From Macrostomum hystrix (taxonomy: Eukaryota > Animalia > Platyhelminthes), in the NCBI GenBank assembly GCA_950097015.1, contig CATNEN010000038.1:16678001-16742000 (forward strand): a DNA stretch of 64,000 nt, read 5' to 3'. The notes beneath the pieces were generated by a model. The model saw nothing but the letters and a program-made list of their open reading frames with translations, did not search any database and was not told the origin of the DNA. The number at the start of each line of letters is the position of its first letter. The first letter of the stretch is position 1. The position numbers were made by a program, and so were the translations under genes. Shown one piece after another: positions 51,970 through 64,000 of this stretch.

Positions 51970-52332
51970 ATAATAATAATAATTGCAGGAGGGCTGCGGG
52001 CAATGGCACATCATTTGGTGACACTAGACCCACAGCCAGCGAGGAGGCAATTCTGCCCATTTCGCTGACTCCTGAGCACACACGCACACAGATACTGTAC
52101 GCAGGCACACACTCACACAGGTGTGTACATCTGCCCTGACTTTCTCATCGTCAGGCAGTGTACACTTCACTATGCCTTGTAGGTCGGCCCTTAAGGGCGT
52201 AAATTGCACGACAAGCCCCCCAAGCCTTCTCTCCGCGGCTGCGCCCCAAATAAATGTGGCCTCGCCGTGGAATCGAACTTAGGGACTGTGGTGCGAGAGG
52301 CAAACGCGACAACCACTCTGCTACCGACCCCT
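51970..52332 (-). mobile_element. Full-length tRNA-derived SINE family B
   Basis: Minus strand: A box TAGCAGAGTGG, B box GTTCGATTCC, (TTA)n tail; flanking direct repeat AAAATAGG. Confidence 0.9.
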
Positions 52333-52374
52333 TGAAAATAGGAAACGTATAAAAACTCATTATTGATTGATTGT

Positions 52375-52847
52375 ATGGATTAGCAATCCATTCCATTCCT
52401 ACAGTCACTGGGATGGATTAGCAATCCATTCTATTCCTACAGTCACTGAGATAGATTAGCAATCCATTCTAGTCCTACAATCATTTGGATGGATTAGCAA
52501 TCTTTTCTATTCCTACAGTCATTTGAATGGATTAGCAATCTTTTCTATTCCTACAGTCACTGGGATGGATTAGCAATCCATTCTATTCCTACAGTCACTG
52601 GGATGGATTAGCAATCCATTCTATTCCTACAGTCACTGGGATGGATTAGCAATCCATTCTATTCCTACAGTCACTGGGATGGATTAGCAATCCATTCTAT
52701 TCCTACAGTCACTGGGATGGATTAGCAATCCATTCTATTCCTACAGTCACTGGGATGGATTAGCAATCCATTCTATTCCTACAGTCACTGGGATGTATTA
52801 GCAATCCATTCTATTCCTACAGTAACTGGGATGGATTAGCAATCCAT
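52375..52847. repeat. 38-bp minisatellite (GGATGGATTAGCAATCCATTCTATTCCTACAGTCACTG)
   Basis: About 12 copies; GGATT/AATCC hairpin core. Confidence 0.95.
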
Positions 52848-52918
52848 ATTTTAGTTTATCAGTAAACTATATCAGTTTTGTATTCCCTTCTATGCCTTTC
52901 TGTGTCTCCATACAGCCC

Positions 52919-55900
52919 GACAATGCTTAACCAATCAAAGAGTGATTGATCATGACAATGCTTAACCAATCAAAGAGTGATTGATCATGACAATGCTTAA
53001 CCAATCAAAGAGTGATTGATCATGACAATGCTTAACCAATCAAAGAGTGATTGATCATGACAATGCTTAACCAATCAAAGAGTGATTGTTCATGACAATG
53101 CTTAACCAATCAAAGAGTGATTGATCATGACAATGCTTAACCAATCAAAGAGTGATTGTTCATGACAATGCTTAACCAATCAAAGAGTGATTGATCATGA
53201 CAATGCTTAACCAATCAAAGAGTGATTGATCATGACAATGCTTAACCAATCAAAGAGTGATTGATCATGACAATGCTTAACCAATCAAAGAGTGATTGTT
53301 CATGACAATGCTTAACCAATCAAAGAGTGATTGATCATGACAATGCTTAACCAATCAAAGAGTGATTGATCATGACAATGCTTAACCAATCAAAGAGTGA
53401 TTGTTCATGACAATGCTTAACCAATCAAAGAGTGATTGATCATGACAATGCTTAACCAATCAAAGAGTGATTGATCATGACAATGCTTAACCAATCAAAG
53501 AGTGATTGATCATGACAATGCTTAACCAATCAAAGAGTGATTGATCATGACAATGCTTAACCAATCAAAGAGTGATTGATCATGACAATGCTTAACCAAT
53601 CAAAGAGTGATTGATCATGACAATGCTTAACCAATCAAAGAGTGATTGTTCATGACAATGCTTAACCAATCAAAGAGTGATTGTTCATGACAATGCTTAA
53701 CCAATCAAAGAGTGATTGATCATGACAATGCTTAACCAATCAAAGAGTGATTGATCATGACAATGCTTAACCAATCAAAGAGTGATTGTTCATGACAATG
53801 CTTAACCAATCAAAGAGTGATTGATCATGACAATGCTTAACCAATCAAAGAGTGATTGATCATGACAATGCTTAACCAATCAAAGAGTGATTGATCATGA
53901 CAATGCTTAACCAATCAAAGAGTGATTGATCATGACAATGCTTAACCAATCAAAGAGTGATTGATCATGACAATGCTTAACCAATCAAAGAGTGATTGAT
54001 CATGACAATGCTTAACCAATCAAAGAGTGATTGATCATGACAATGCTTAACCAATCAAAGAGTGATTGATCATGACAATGCTTAACCAATCAAAGAGTGA
54101 TTGATCATGACAATGCTTAACCAATCAAAGAGTGATTGTTCATGACAATGCTTAACCAATCAAAGAGTGATTGATCATGACAATGCTTAACCAATCAAAG
54201 AGTGATTGATCATGACAATGCTTAACCAATCAAAGAGTGATTGATCATGACAATGCTTAACCAATCAAAGAGTGATTGATCATGACAATGCTTAACCAAT
54301 CAAAGAGTGATTGATCATGACAATGCTTAACCAATCAAAGAGTGATTGATCATGACAATGCTTAACCAATCAAAGAGTGATTGATCATGACAATGCTTAA
54401 CCAATCAAAGAGTGATTGATCATGACAATGCTTAACCAATCAAAGAGTGATTGATCATGACAATGCTTAACCAATCAAAGAGTGATTGTTCATGACAATG
54501 CTTAACCAATCAAAGAGTGATTGATCATGACAATGCTTAACCAATCAAAGAGTGATTGATCATGACAATGCTTAACCAATCAAAGAGTGATTGATCATGA
54601 CAATGCTTAACCAATCAAAGAGTGATTGATCATGACAATGCTTAACCAATCAAAGAGTGATTGATCATGACAATGCTTAACCAATCAAAGAGTGATTGTT
54701 CATGACAATGCTTAACCAATCAAAGAGTGATTGTTCATGACAATGCTTAACCAATCAAAGAGTGATTGATCATGACAATGCTTAACCAATCAAAGAGTGA
54801 TTGATCATGACAATGCTTAACCAATCAAAGAGTGATTGATCATGACAATGCTTAACCAATCAAAGAGTGATTGTTCATGACAATGCTTAACCAATCAAAG
54901 AGTGATTGTTCATGACAATGCTTAACCAATCAAAGAGTGATTGATCATGACAATGCTTAACCAATCAAAGAGTGATTGATCATGACAATGCTTAACCAAT
55001 CAAAGAGTGATTGATCATGACAATGCTTAACCAATCAAAGAGTGATTGATCATGACAATGCTTAACCAATCAAAGAGTGATTGTTCATGACAATGCTTAA
55101 CCAATCAAAGAGTGATTGATCATGACAATGCTTAACCAATCAAAGAGTGATTGATCATGACAATGCTTAACCAATCAAAGAGTGATTGATCATGACAATG
55201 CTTAACCAATCAAAGAGTGATTGTTCATGACAATGCTTAACCAATCAAAGAGTGATTGATCATGACAATGCTTAACCAATCAAAGAGTGATTGATCATGA
55301 CAATGCTTAACCAATCAAAGAGTGATTGTTCATGACAATGCTTAACCAATCAAAGAGTGATTGATCATGACAATGCTTAACCAATCAAAGAGTGATTGAT
55401 CATGACAATGCTTAACCAATCAAAGAGTGATTGATCATGACAATGCTTAACCAATCAAAGAGTGATTGATCATGACAATGCTTAACCAATCAAAGAGTGA
55501 TTGATCATGACAATGCTTAACCAATCAAAGAGTGATTGATCATGACAATGCTTAACCAATCAAAGAGTGATTGATCATGACAATGCTTAACCAATCAAAG
55601 AGTGATTGATCATGACAATGCTTAACCAATCAAAGAGTGATTGATCATGACAATGCTTAACCAATCAAAGAGTGATTGATCATGACAATGCTTAACCAAT
55701 CAAAGAGTGATTGTTCATGACAATGCTTAACCAATCAAAGAGTGATTGATCATGACAATGCTTAACCAATCAAAGAGTGATTGATCATGACAATGCTTAA
55801 CCAATCAAAGAGTGATTGATCATGACAATGCTTAACCAATCAAAGAGTGATTGTTCATGACAATGCTTAACCAATCAAAGAGTGATTGATCATGACAATG

Positions 55901-58900
55901 CTTAACCAATCAAAGAGTGATTGATCATGACAATGCTTAACCAATCAAAGAGTGATTGATCATGACAATGCTTAACCAATCAAAGAGTGATTGATCATGA
56001 CAATGCTTAACCAATCAAAGAGTGATTGATCATGACAATGCTTAACCAATCAAAGAGTGATTGTTCATGACAATGCTTAACCAATCAAAGAGTGATTGAT
56101 CATGACAATGCTTAACCAATCAAAGAGTGATTGATCATGACAATGCTTAACCAATCAAAGAGTGATTGTTCATGACAATGCTTAACCAATCAAAGAGTGA
56201 TTGATCATGACAATGCTTAACCAATCAAAGAGTGATTGATCATGACAATGCTTAACCAATCAAAGAGTGATTGATCATGACAATGCTTAACCAATCAAAG
56301 AGTGATTGATCATGACAATGCTTAACCAATCAAAGAGTGATTGATCATGACAATGCTTAACCAATCAAAGAGTGATTGATCATGACAATGCTTAACCAAT
56401 CAAAGAGTGATTGATCATGACAATGCTTAACCAATCAAAGAGTGATTGATCATGACAATGCTTAACCAATCAAAGAGTGATTGATCATGACAATGCTTAA
56501 CCAATCAAAGAGTGATTGATCATGACAATGCTTAACCAATCAAAGAGTGATTGTTCATGACAATGCTTAACCAATCAAAGAGTGATTGTTCATGACAATG
56601 CTTAACCAATCAAAGAGTGATTGATCATGACAATGCTTAACCAATCAAAGAGTGATTGATCATGACAATGCTTAACCAATCAAAGAGTGATTGATCATGA
56701 CAATGCTTAACCAATCAAAGAGTGATTGATCATGACAATGCTTAACCAATCAAAGAGTGATTGATCATGACAATGCTTAACCAATCAAAGAGTGATTGTT
56801 CATGACAATGCTTAACCAATCAAAGAGTGATTGATCATGACAATGCTTAACCAATCAAAGAGTGATTGATCATGACAATGCTTAACCAATCAAAGAGTGA
56901 TTGTTCATGACAATGCTTAACCAATCAAAGAGTGATTGTTCATGACAATGCTTAACCAATCAAAGAGTGATTGATCATGACAATGCTTAACCAATCAAAG
57001 AGTGATTGATCATGACAATGCTTAACCAATCAAAGAGTGATTGATCATGACAATGCTTAACCAATCAAAGAGTGATTGATCATGACAATGCTTAACCAAT
57101 CAAAGAGTGATTGATCATGACAATGCTTAACCAATCAAAGAGTGATTGATCATGACAATGCTTAACCAATCAAAGAGTGATTGATCATGACAATGCTTAA
57201 CCAATCAAAGAGTGATTGATCATGACAATGCTTAACCAATCAAAGAGTGATTGATCATGACAATGCTTAACCAATCAAAGAGTGATTGATCATGACAATG
57301 CTTAACCAATCAAAGAGTGATTGATCATGACAATGCTTAACCAATCAAAGAGTGATTGATCATGACAATGCTTAACCAATCAAAGAGTGATTGATCATGA
57401 CAATGCTTAACCAATCAAAGAGTGATTGATCATGACAATGCTTAACCAATCAAAGAGTGATTGATCATGACAATGCTTAACCAATCAAAGAGTGATTGAT
57501 CATGACAATGCTTAACCAATCAAAGAGTGATTGTTCATGACAATGCTTAACCAATCAAAGAGTGATTGATCATGACAATGCTTAACCAATCAAAGAGTGA
57601 TTGATCATGACAATGCTTAACCAATCAAAGAGTGATTGATCATGACAATGCTTAACCAATCAAAGAGTGATTGATCATGACAATGCTTAACCAATCAAAG
57701 AGTGATTGATCATGACAATGCTTAACCAATCAAAGAGTGATTGATCATGACAATGCTTAACCAATCAAAGAGTGATTGATCATGACAATGCTTAACCAAT
57801 CAAAGAGTGATTGATCATGACAATGCTTAACCAATCAAAGAGTGATTGATCATGACAATGCTTAACCAATCAAAGAGTGATTGATCATGACAATGCTTAA
57901 CCAATCAAAGAGTGATTGTTCATGACAATGCTTAACCAATCAAAGAGTGATTGTTCATGACAATGCTTAACCAATCAAAGAGTGATTGATCATGACAATG
58001 CTTAACCAATCAAAGAGTGATTGATCATGACAATGCTTAACCAATCAAAGAGTGATTGATCATGACAATGCTTAACCAATCAAAGAGTGATTGTTCATGA
58101 CAATGCTTAACCAATCAAAGAGTGATTGTTCATGACAATGCTTAACCAATCAAAGAGTGATTGATCATGACAATGCTTAACCAATCAAAGAGTGATTGAT
58201 CATGACAATGCTTAACCAATCAAAGAGTGATTGATCATGACAATGCTTAACCAATCAAAGAGTGATTGATCATGACAATGCTTAACCAATCAAAGAGTGA
58301 TTGTTCATGACAATGCTTAACCAATCAAAGAGTGATTGATCATGACAATGCTTAACCAATCAAAGAGTGATTGATCATGACAATGCTTAACCAATCAAAG
58401 AGTGATTGATCATGACAATGCTTAACCAATCAAAGAGTGATTGTTCATGACAATGCTTAACCAATCAAAGAGTGATTGATCATGACAATGCTTAACCAAT
58501 CAAAGAGTGATTGATCATGACAATGCTTAACCAATCAAAGAGTGATTGTTCATGACAATGCTTAACCAATCAAAGAGTGATTGATCATGACAATGCTTAA
58601 CCAATCAAAGAGTGATTGATCATGACAATGCTTAACCAATCAAAGAGTGATTGATCATGACAATGCTTAACCAATCAAAGAGTGATTGATCATGACAATG
58701 CTTAACCAATCAAAGAGTGATTGATCATGACAATGCTTAACCAATCAAAGAGTGATTGATCATGACAATGCTTAACCAATCAAAGAGTGATTGATCATGA
58801 CAATGCTTAACCAATCAAAGAGTGATTGATCATGACAATGCTTAACCAATCAAAGAGTGATTGATCATGACAATGCTTAACCAATCAAAGAGTGATTGAT

Positions 58901-61900
58901 CATGACAATGCTTAACCAATCAAAGAGTGATTGATCATGACAATGCTTAACCAATCAAAGAGTGATTGTTCATGACAATGCTTAACCAATCAAAGAGTGA
59001 TTGATCATGACAATGCTTAACCAATCAAAGAGTGATTGATCATGACAATGCTTAACCAATCAAAGAGTGATTGATCATGACAATGCTTAACCAATCAAAG
59101 AGTGATTGATCATGACAATGCTTAACCAATCAAAGAGTGATTGATCATGACAATGCTTAACCAATCAAAGAGTGATTGATCATGACAATGCTTAACCAAT
59201 CAAAGAGTGATTGATCATGACAATGCTTAACCAATCAAAGAGTGATTGATCATGACAATGCTTAACCAATCAAAGAGTGATTGATCATGACAATGCTTAA
59301 CCAATCAAAGAGTGATTGATCATGACAATGCTTAACCAATCAAAGAGTGATTGATCATGACAATGCTTAACCAATCAAAGAGTGATTGTTCATGACAATG
59401 CTTAACCAATCAAAGAGTGATTGATCATGACAATGCTTAACCAATCAAAGAGTGATTGATCATGACAATGCTTAACCAATCAAAGAGTGATTGTTCATGA
59501 CAATGCTTAACCAATCAAAGAGTGATTGATCATGACAATGCTTAACCAATCAAAGAGTGATTGATCATGACAATGCTTAACCAATCAAAGAGTGATTGTT
59601 CATGACAATGCTTAACCAATCAAAGAGTGATTGATCATGACAATGCTTAACCAATCAAAGAGTGATTGATCATGACAATGCTTAACCAATCAAAGAGTGA
59701 TTGATCATGACAATGCTTAACCAATCAAAGAGTGATTGATCATGACAATGCTTAACCAATCAAAGAGTGATTGATCATGACAATGCTTAACCAATCAAAG
59801 AGTGATTGTTCATGACAATGCTTAACCAATCAAAGAGTGATTGATCATGACAATGCTTAACCAATCAAAGAGTGATTGTTCATGACAATGCTTAACCAAT
59901 CAAAGAGTGATTGATCATGACAATGCTTAACCAATCAAAGAGTGATTGATCATGACAATGCTTAACCAATCAAAGAGTGATTGATCATGACAATGCTTAA
60001 CCAATCAAAGAGTGATTGTTCATGACAATGCTTAACCAATCAAAGAGTGATTGATCATGACAATGCTTAACCAATCAAAGAGTGATTGATCATGACAATG
60101 CTTAACCAATCAAAGAGTGATTGTTCATGACAATGCTTAACCAATCAAAGAGTGATTGTTCATGACAATGCTTAACCAATCAAAGAGTGATTGATCATGA
60201 CAATGCTTAACCAATCAAAGAGTGATTGATCATGACAATGCTTAACCAATCAAAGAGTGATTGTTCATGACAATGCTTAACCAATCAAAGAGTGATTGAT
60301 CATGACAATGCTTAACCAATCAAAGAGTGATTGTTCATGACAATGCTTAACCAATCAAAGAGTGATTGATCATGACAATGCTTAACCAATCAAAGAGTGA
60401 TTGATCATGACAATGCTTAACCAATCAAAGAGTGATTGTTCATGACAATGCTTAACCAATCAAAGAGTGATTGATCATGACAATGCTTAACCAATCAAAG
60501 AGTGATTGATCATGACAATGCTTAACCAATCAAAGAGTGATTGTTCATGACAATGCTTAACCAATCAAAGAGTGATTGATCATGACAATGCTTAACCAAT
60601 CAAAGAGTGATTGATCATGACAATGCTTAACCAATCAAAGAGTGATTGATCATGACAATGCTTAACCAATCAAAGAGTGATTGATCATGACAATGCTTAA
60701 CCAATCAAAGAGTGATTGTTCATGACAATGCTTAACCAATCAAAGAGTGATTGATCATGACAATGCTTAACCAATCAAAGAGTGATTGATCATGACAATG
60801 CTTAACCAATCAAAGAGTGATTGATCATGACAATGCTTAACCAATCAAAGAGTGATTGATCATGACAATGCTTAACCAATCAAAGAGTGATTGTTCATGA
60901 CAATGCTTAACCAATCAAAGAGTGATTGATCATGACAATGCTTAACCAATCAAAGAGTGATTGATCATGACAATGCTTAACCAATCAAAGAGTGATTGAT
61001 CATGACAATGCTTAACCAATCAAAGAGTGATTGATCATGACAATGCTTAACCAATCAAAGAGTGATTGTTCATGACAATGCTTAACCAATCAAAGAGTGA
61101 TTGTTCATGACAATGCTTAACCAATCAAAGAGTGATTGATCATGACAATGCTTAACCAATCAAAGAGTGATTGATCATGACAATGCTTAACCAATCAAAG
61201 AGTGATTGTTCATGACAATGCTTAACCAATCAAAGAGTGATTGATCATGACAATGCTTAACCAATCAAAGAGTGATTGTTCATGACAATGCTTAACCAAT
61301 CAAAGAGTGATTGATCATGACAATGCTTAACCAATCAAAGAGTGATTGATCATGACAATGCTTAACCAATCAAAGAGTGATTGATCATGACAATGCTTAA
61401 CCAATCAAAGAGTGATTGTTCATGACAATGCTTAACCAATCAAAGAGTGATTGATCATGACAATGCTTAACCAATCAAAGAGTGATTGTTCATGACAATG
61501 CTTAACCAATCAAAGAGTGATTGATCATGACAATGCTTAACCAATCAAAGAGTGATTGATCATGACAATGCTTAACCAATCAAAGAGTGATTGATCATGA
61601 CAATGCTTAACCAATCAAAGAGTGATTGTTCATGACAATGCTTAACCAATCAAAGAGTGATTGATCATGACAATGCTTAACCAATCAAAGAGTGATTGTT
61701 CATGACAATGCTTAACCAATCAAAGAGTGATTGATCATGACAATGCTTAACCAATCAAAGAGTGATTGATCATGACAATGCTTAACCAATCAAAGAGTGA
61801 TTGATCATGACAATGCTTAACCAATCAAAGAGTGATTGATCATGACAATGCTTAACCAATCAAAGAGTGATTGATCATGACAATGCTTAACCAATCAAAG

Positions 61901-64000
61901 AGTGATTGATCATGACAATGCTTAACCAATCAAAGAGTGATTGATCATGACAATGCTTAACCAATCAAAGAGTGATTGATCATGACAATGCTTAACCAAT
62001 CAAAGAGTGATTGTTCATGACAATGCTTAACCAATCAAAGAGTGATTGTTCATGACAATGCTTAACCAATCAAAGAGTGATTGATCATGACAATGCTTAA
62101 CCAATCAAAGAGTGATTGATCATGACAATGCTTAACCAATCAAAGAGTGATTGATCATGACAATGCTTAACCAATCAAAGAGTGATTGTTCATGACAATG
62201 CTTAACCAATCAAAGAGTGATTGTTCATGACAATGCTTAACCAATCAAAGAGTGATTGATCATGACAATGCTTAACCAATCAAAGAGTGATTGATCATGA
62301 CAATGCTTAACCAATCAAAGAGTGATTGATCATGACAATGCTTAACCAATCAAAGAGTGATTGATCATGACAATGCTTAACCAATCAAAGAGTGATTGAT
62401 CATGACAATGCTTAACCAATCAAAGAGTGATTGATCATGACAATGCTTAACCAATCAAAGAGTGATTGATCATGACAATGCTTAACCAATCAAAGAGTGA
62501 TTGATCATGACAATGCTTAACCAATCAAAGAGTGATTGATCATGACAATGCTTAACCAATCAAAGAGTGATTGATCATGACAATGCTTAACCAATCAAAG
62601 AGTGATTGATCATGACAATGCTTAACCAATCAAAGAGTGATTGTTCATGACAATGCTTAACCAATCAAAGAGTGATTGATCATGACAATGCTTAACCAAT
62701 CAAAGAGTGATTGATCATGACAATGCTTAACCAATCAAAGAGTGATTGATCATGACAATGCTTAACCAATCAAAGAGTGATTGTTCATGACAATGCTTAA
62801 CCAATCAAAGAGTGATTGTTCATGACAATGCTTAACCAATCAAAGAGTGATTGATCATGACAATGCTTAACCAATCAAAGAGTGATTGATCATGACAATG
62901 CTTAACCAATCAAAGAGTGATTGATCATGACAATGCTTAACCAATCAAAGAGTGATTGATCATGACAATGCTTAACCAATCAAAGAGTGATTGTTCATGA
63001 CAATGCTTAACCAATCAAAGAGTGATTGATCATGACAATGCTTAACCAATCAAAGAGTGATTGATCATGACAATGCTTAACCAATCAAAGAGTGATTGAT
63101 CATGACAATGCTTAACCAATCAAAGAGTGATTGATCATGACAATGCTTAACCAATCAAAGAGTGATTGTTCATGACAATGCTTAACCAATCAAAGAGTGA
63201 TTGTTCATGACAATGCTTAACCAATCAAAGAGTGATTGATCATGACAATGCTTAACCAATCAAAGAGTGATTGATCATGACAATGCTTAACCAATCAAAG
63301 AGTGATTGTTCATGACAATGCTTAACCAATCAAAGAGTGATTGATCATGACAATGCTTAACCAATCAAAGAGTGATTGATCATGACAATGCTTAACCAAT
63401 CAAAGAGTGATTGATCATGACAATGCTTAACCAATCAAAGAGTGATTGATCATGACAATGCTTAACCAATCAAAGAGTGATTGATCATGACAATGCTTAA
63501 CCAATCAAAGAGTGATTGTTCATGACAATGCTTAACCAATCAAAGAGTGATTGATCATGACAATGCTTAACCAATCAAAGAGTGATTGATCATGACAATG
63601 CTTAACCAATCAAAGAGTGATTGATCATGACAATGCTTAACCAATCAAAGAGTGATTGTTCATGACAATGCTTAACCAATCAAAGAGTGATTGTTCATGA
63701 CAATGCTTAACCAATCAAAGAGTGATTGATCATGACAATGCTTAACCAATCAAAGAGTGATTGATCATGACAATGCTTAACCAATCAAAGAGTGATTGAT
63801 CATGACAATGCTTAACCAATCAAAGAGTGATTGATCATGACAATGCTTAACCAATCAAAGAGTGATTGATCATGACAATGCTTAACCAATCAAAGAGTGA
63901 TTGATCATGACAATGCTTAACCAATCAAAGAGTGATTGATCATGACAATGCTTAACCAATCAAAGAGTGATTGATCATGACAATGCTTAACCAATCAAAG
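52919..64000. repeat. 35-bp satellite (GACAATGCTTAACCAATCAAAGAGTGATTGATCAT), more than 310 copies, runs off the window
   Basis: Essentially perfect except for one A/T site. Confidence 0.99.

Noticed and set aside
52020-52075. HDV-like ribozyme in the SINE B tail (GCC-TCCTCGCT-GGC matches HDV P3/L3; CGAAATGGG nearby)
   Set aside because: No GG for P1.1 after the P1 3' strand, no P2 partner, and the elements are in the wrong order. A simple hairpin fold explains the sequence. An RNArobo search or cleavage assay would settle it.
52130-52165. Hammerhead core CTGACGA...GAAA in SINE B
   Set aside because: Only 3 nt between the boxes (no stem II), and CTGAC pairs with the adjacent GTCAG.
52919-64000. 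CRISPR array (35-bp partly palindromic repeat)
   Set aside because: No unique spacers, no cas genes, eukaryotic context.

Overview
Eukaryotic (invertebrate) genomic DNA. Compact GC-rich spliced genes sit among many unrelated 11-44 bp tandem arrays, tRNA-derived SINEs, MITEs and LTR remnants. The overall style suggests a Macrostomum-like flatworm, but this is inference. Six spliced genes were assembled by hand. Minus strand: a GKAP-domain DLGAP5/HURP-like gene followed by VMA21 (missed by the ORF track). Plus strand, diverging from these: RGP1, an orphan coiled-coil gene and HSDL2. A convergent 2-TM orphan gene follows on the minus strand. Best lead: several genes begin at an unpaired 3' splice acceptor, the orphan gene has no ATG of its own (an AUG-ending flatworm spliced leader would supply it in frame), and VMA21 has almost no unique upstream DNA. 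Together these point to SL trans-spliced, operon-like clusters whose introns and spacers are each inflated by a private minisatellite. The last 11 kb is a near-perfect 35-bp satellite. Most long ORFs in the track are repeat artefacts.
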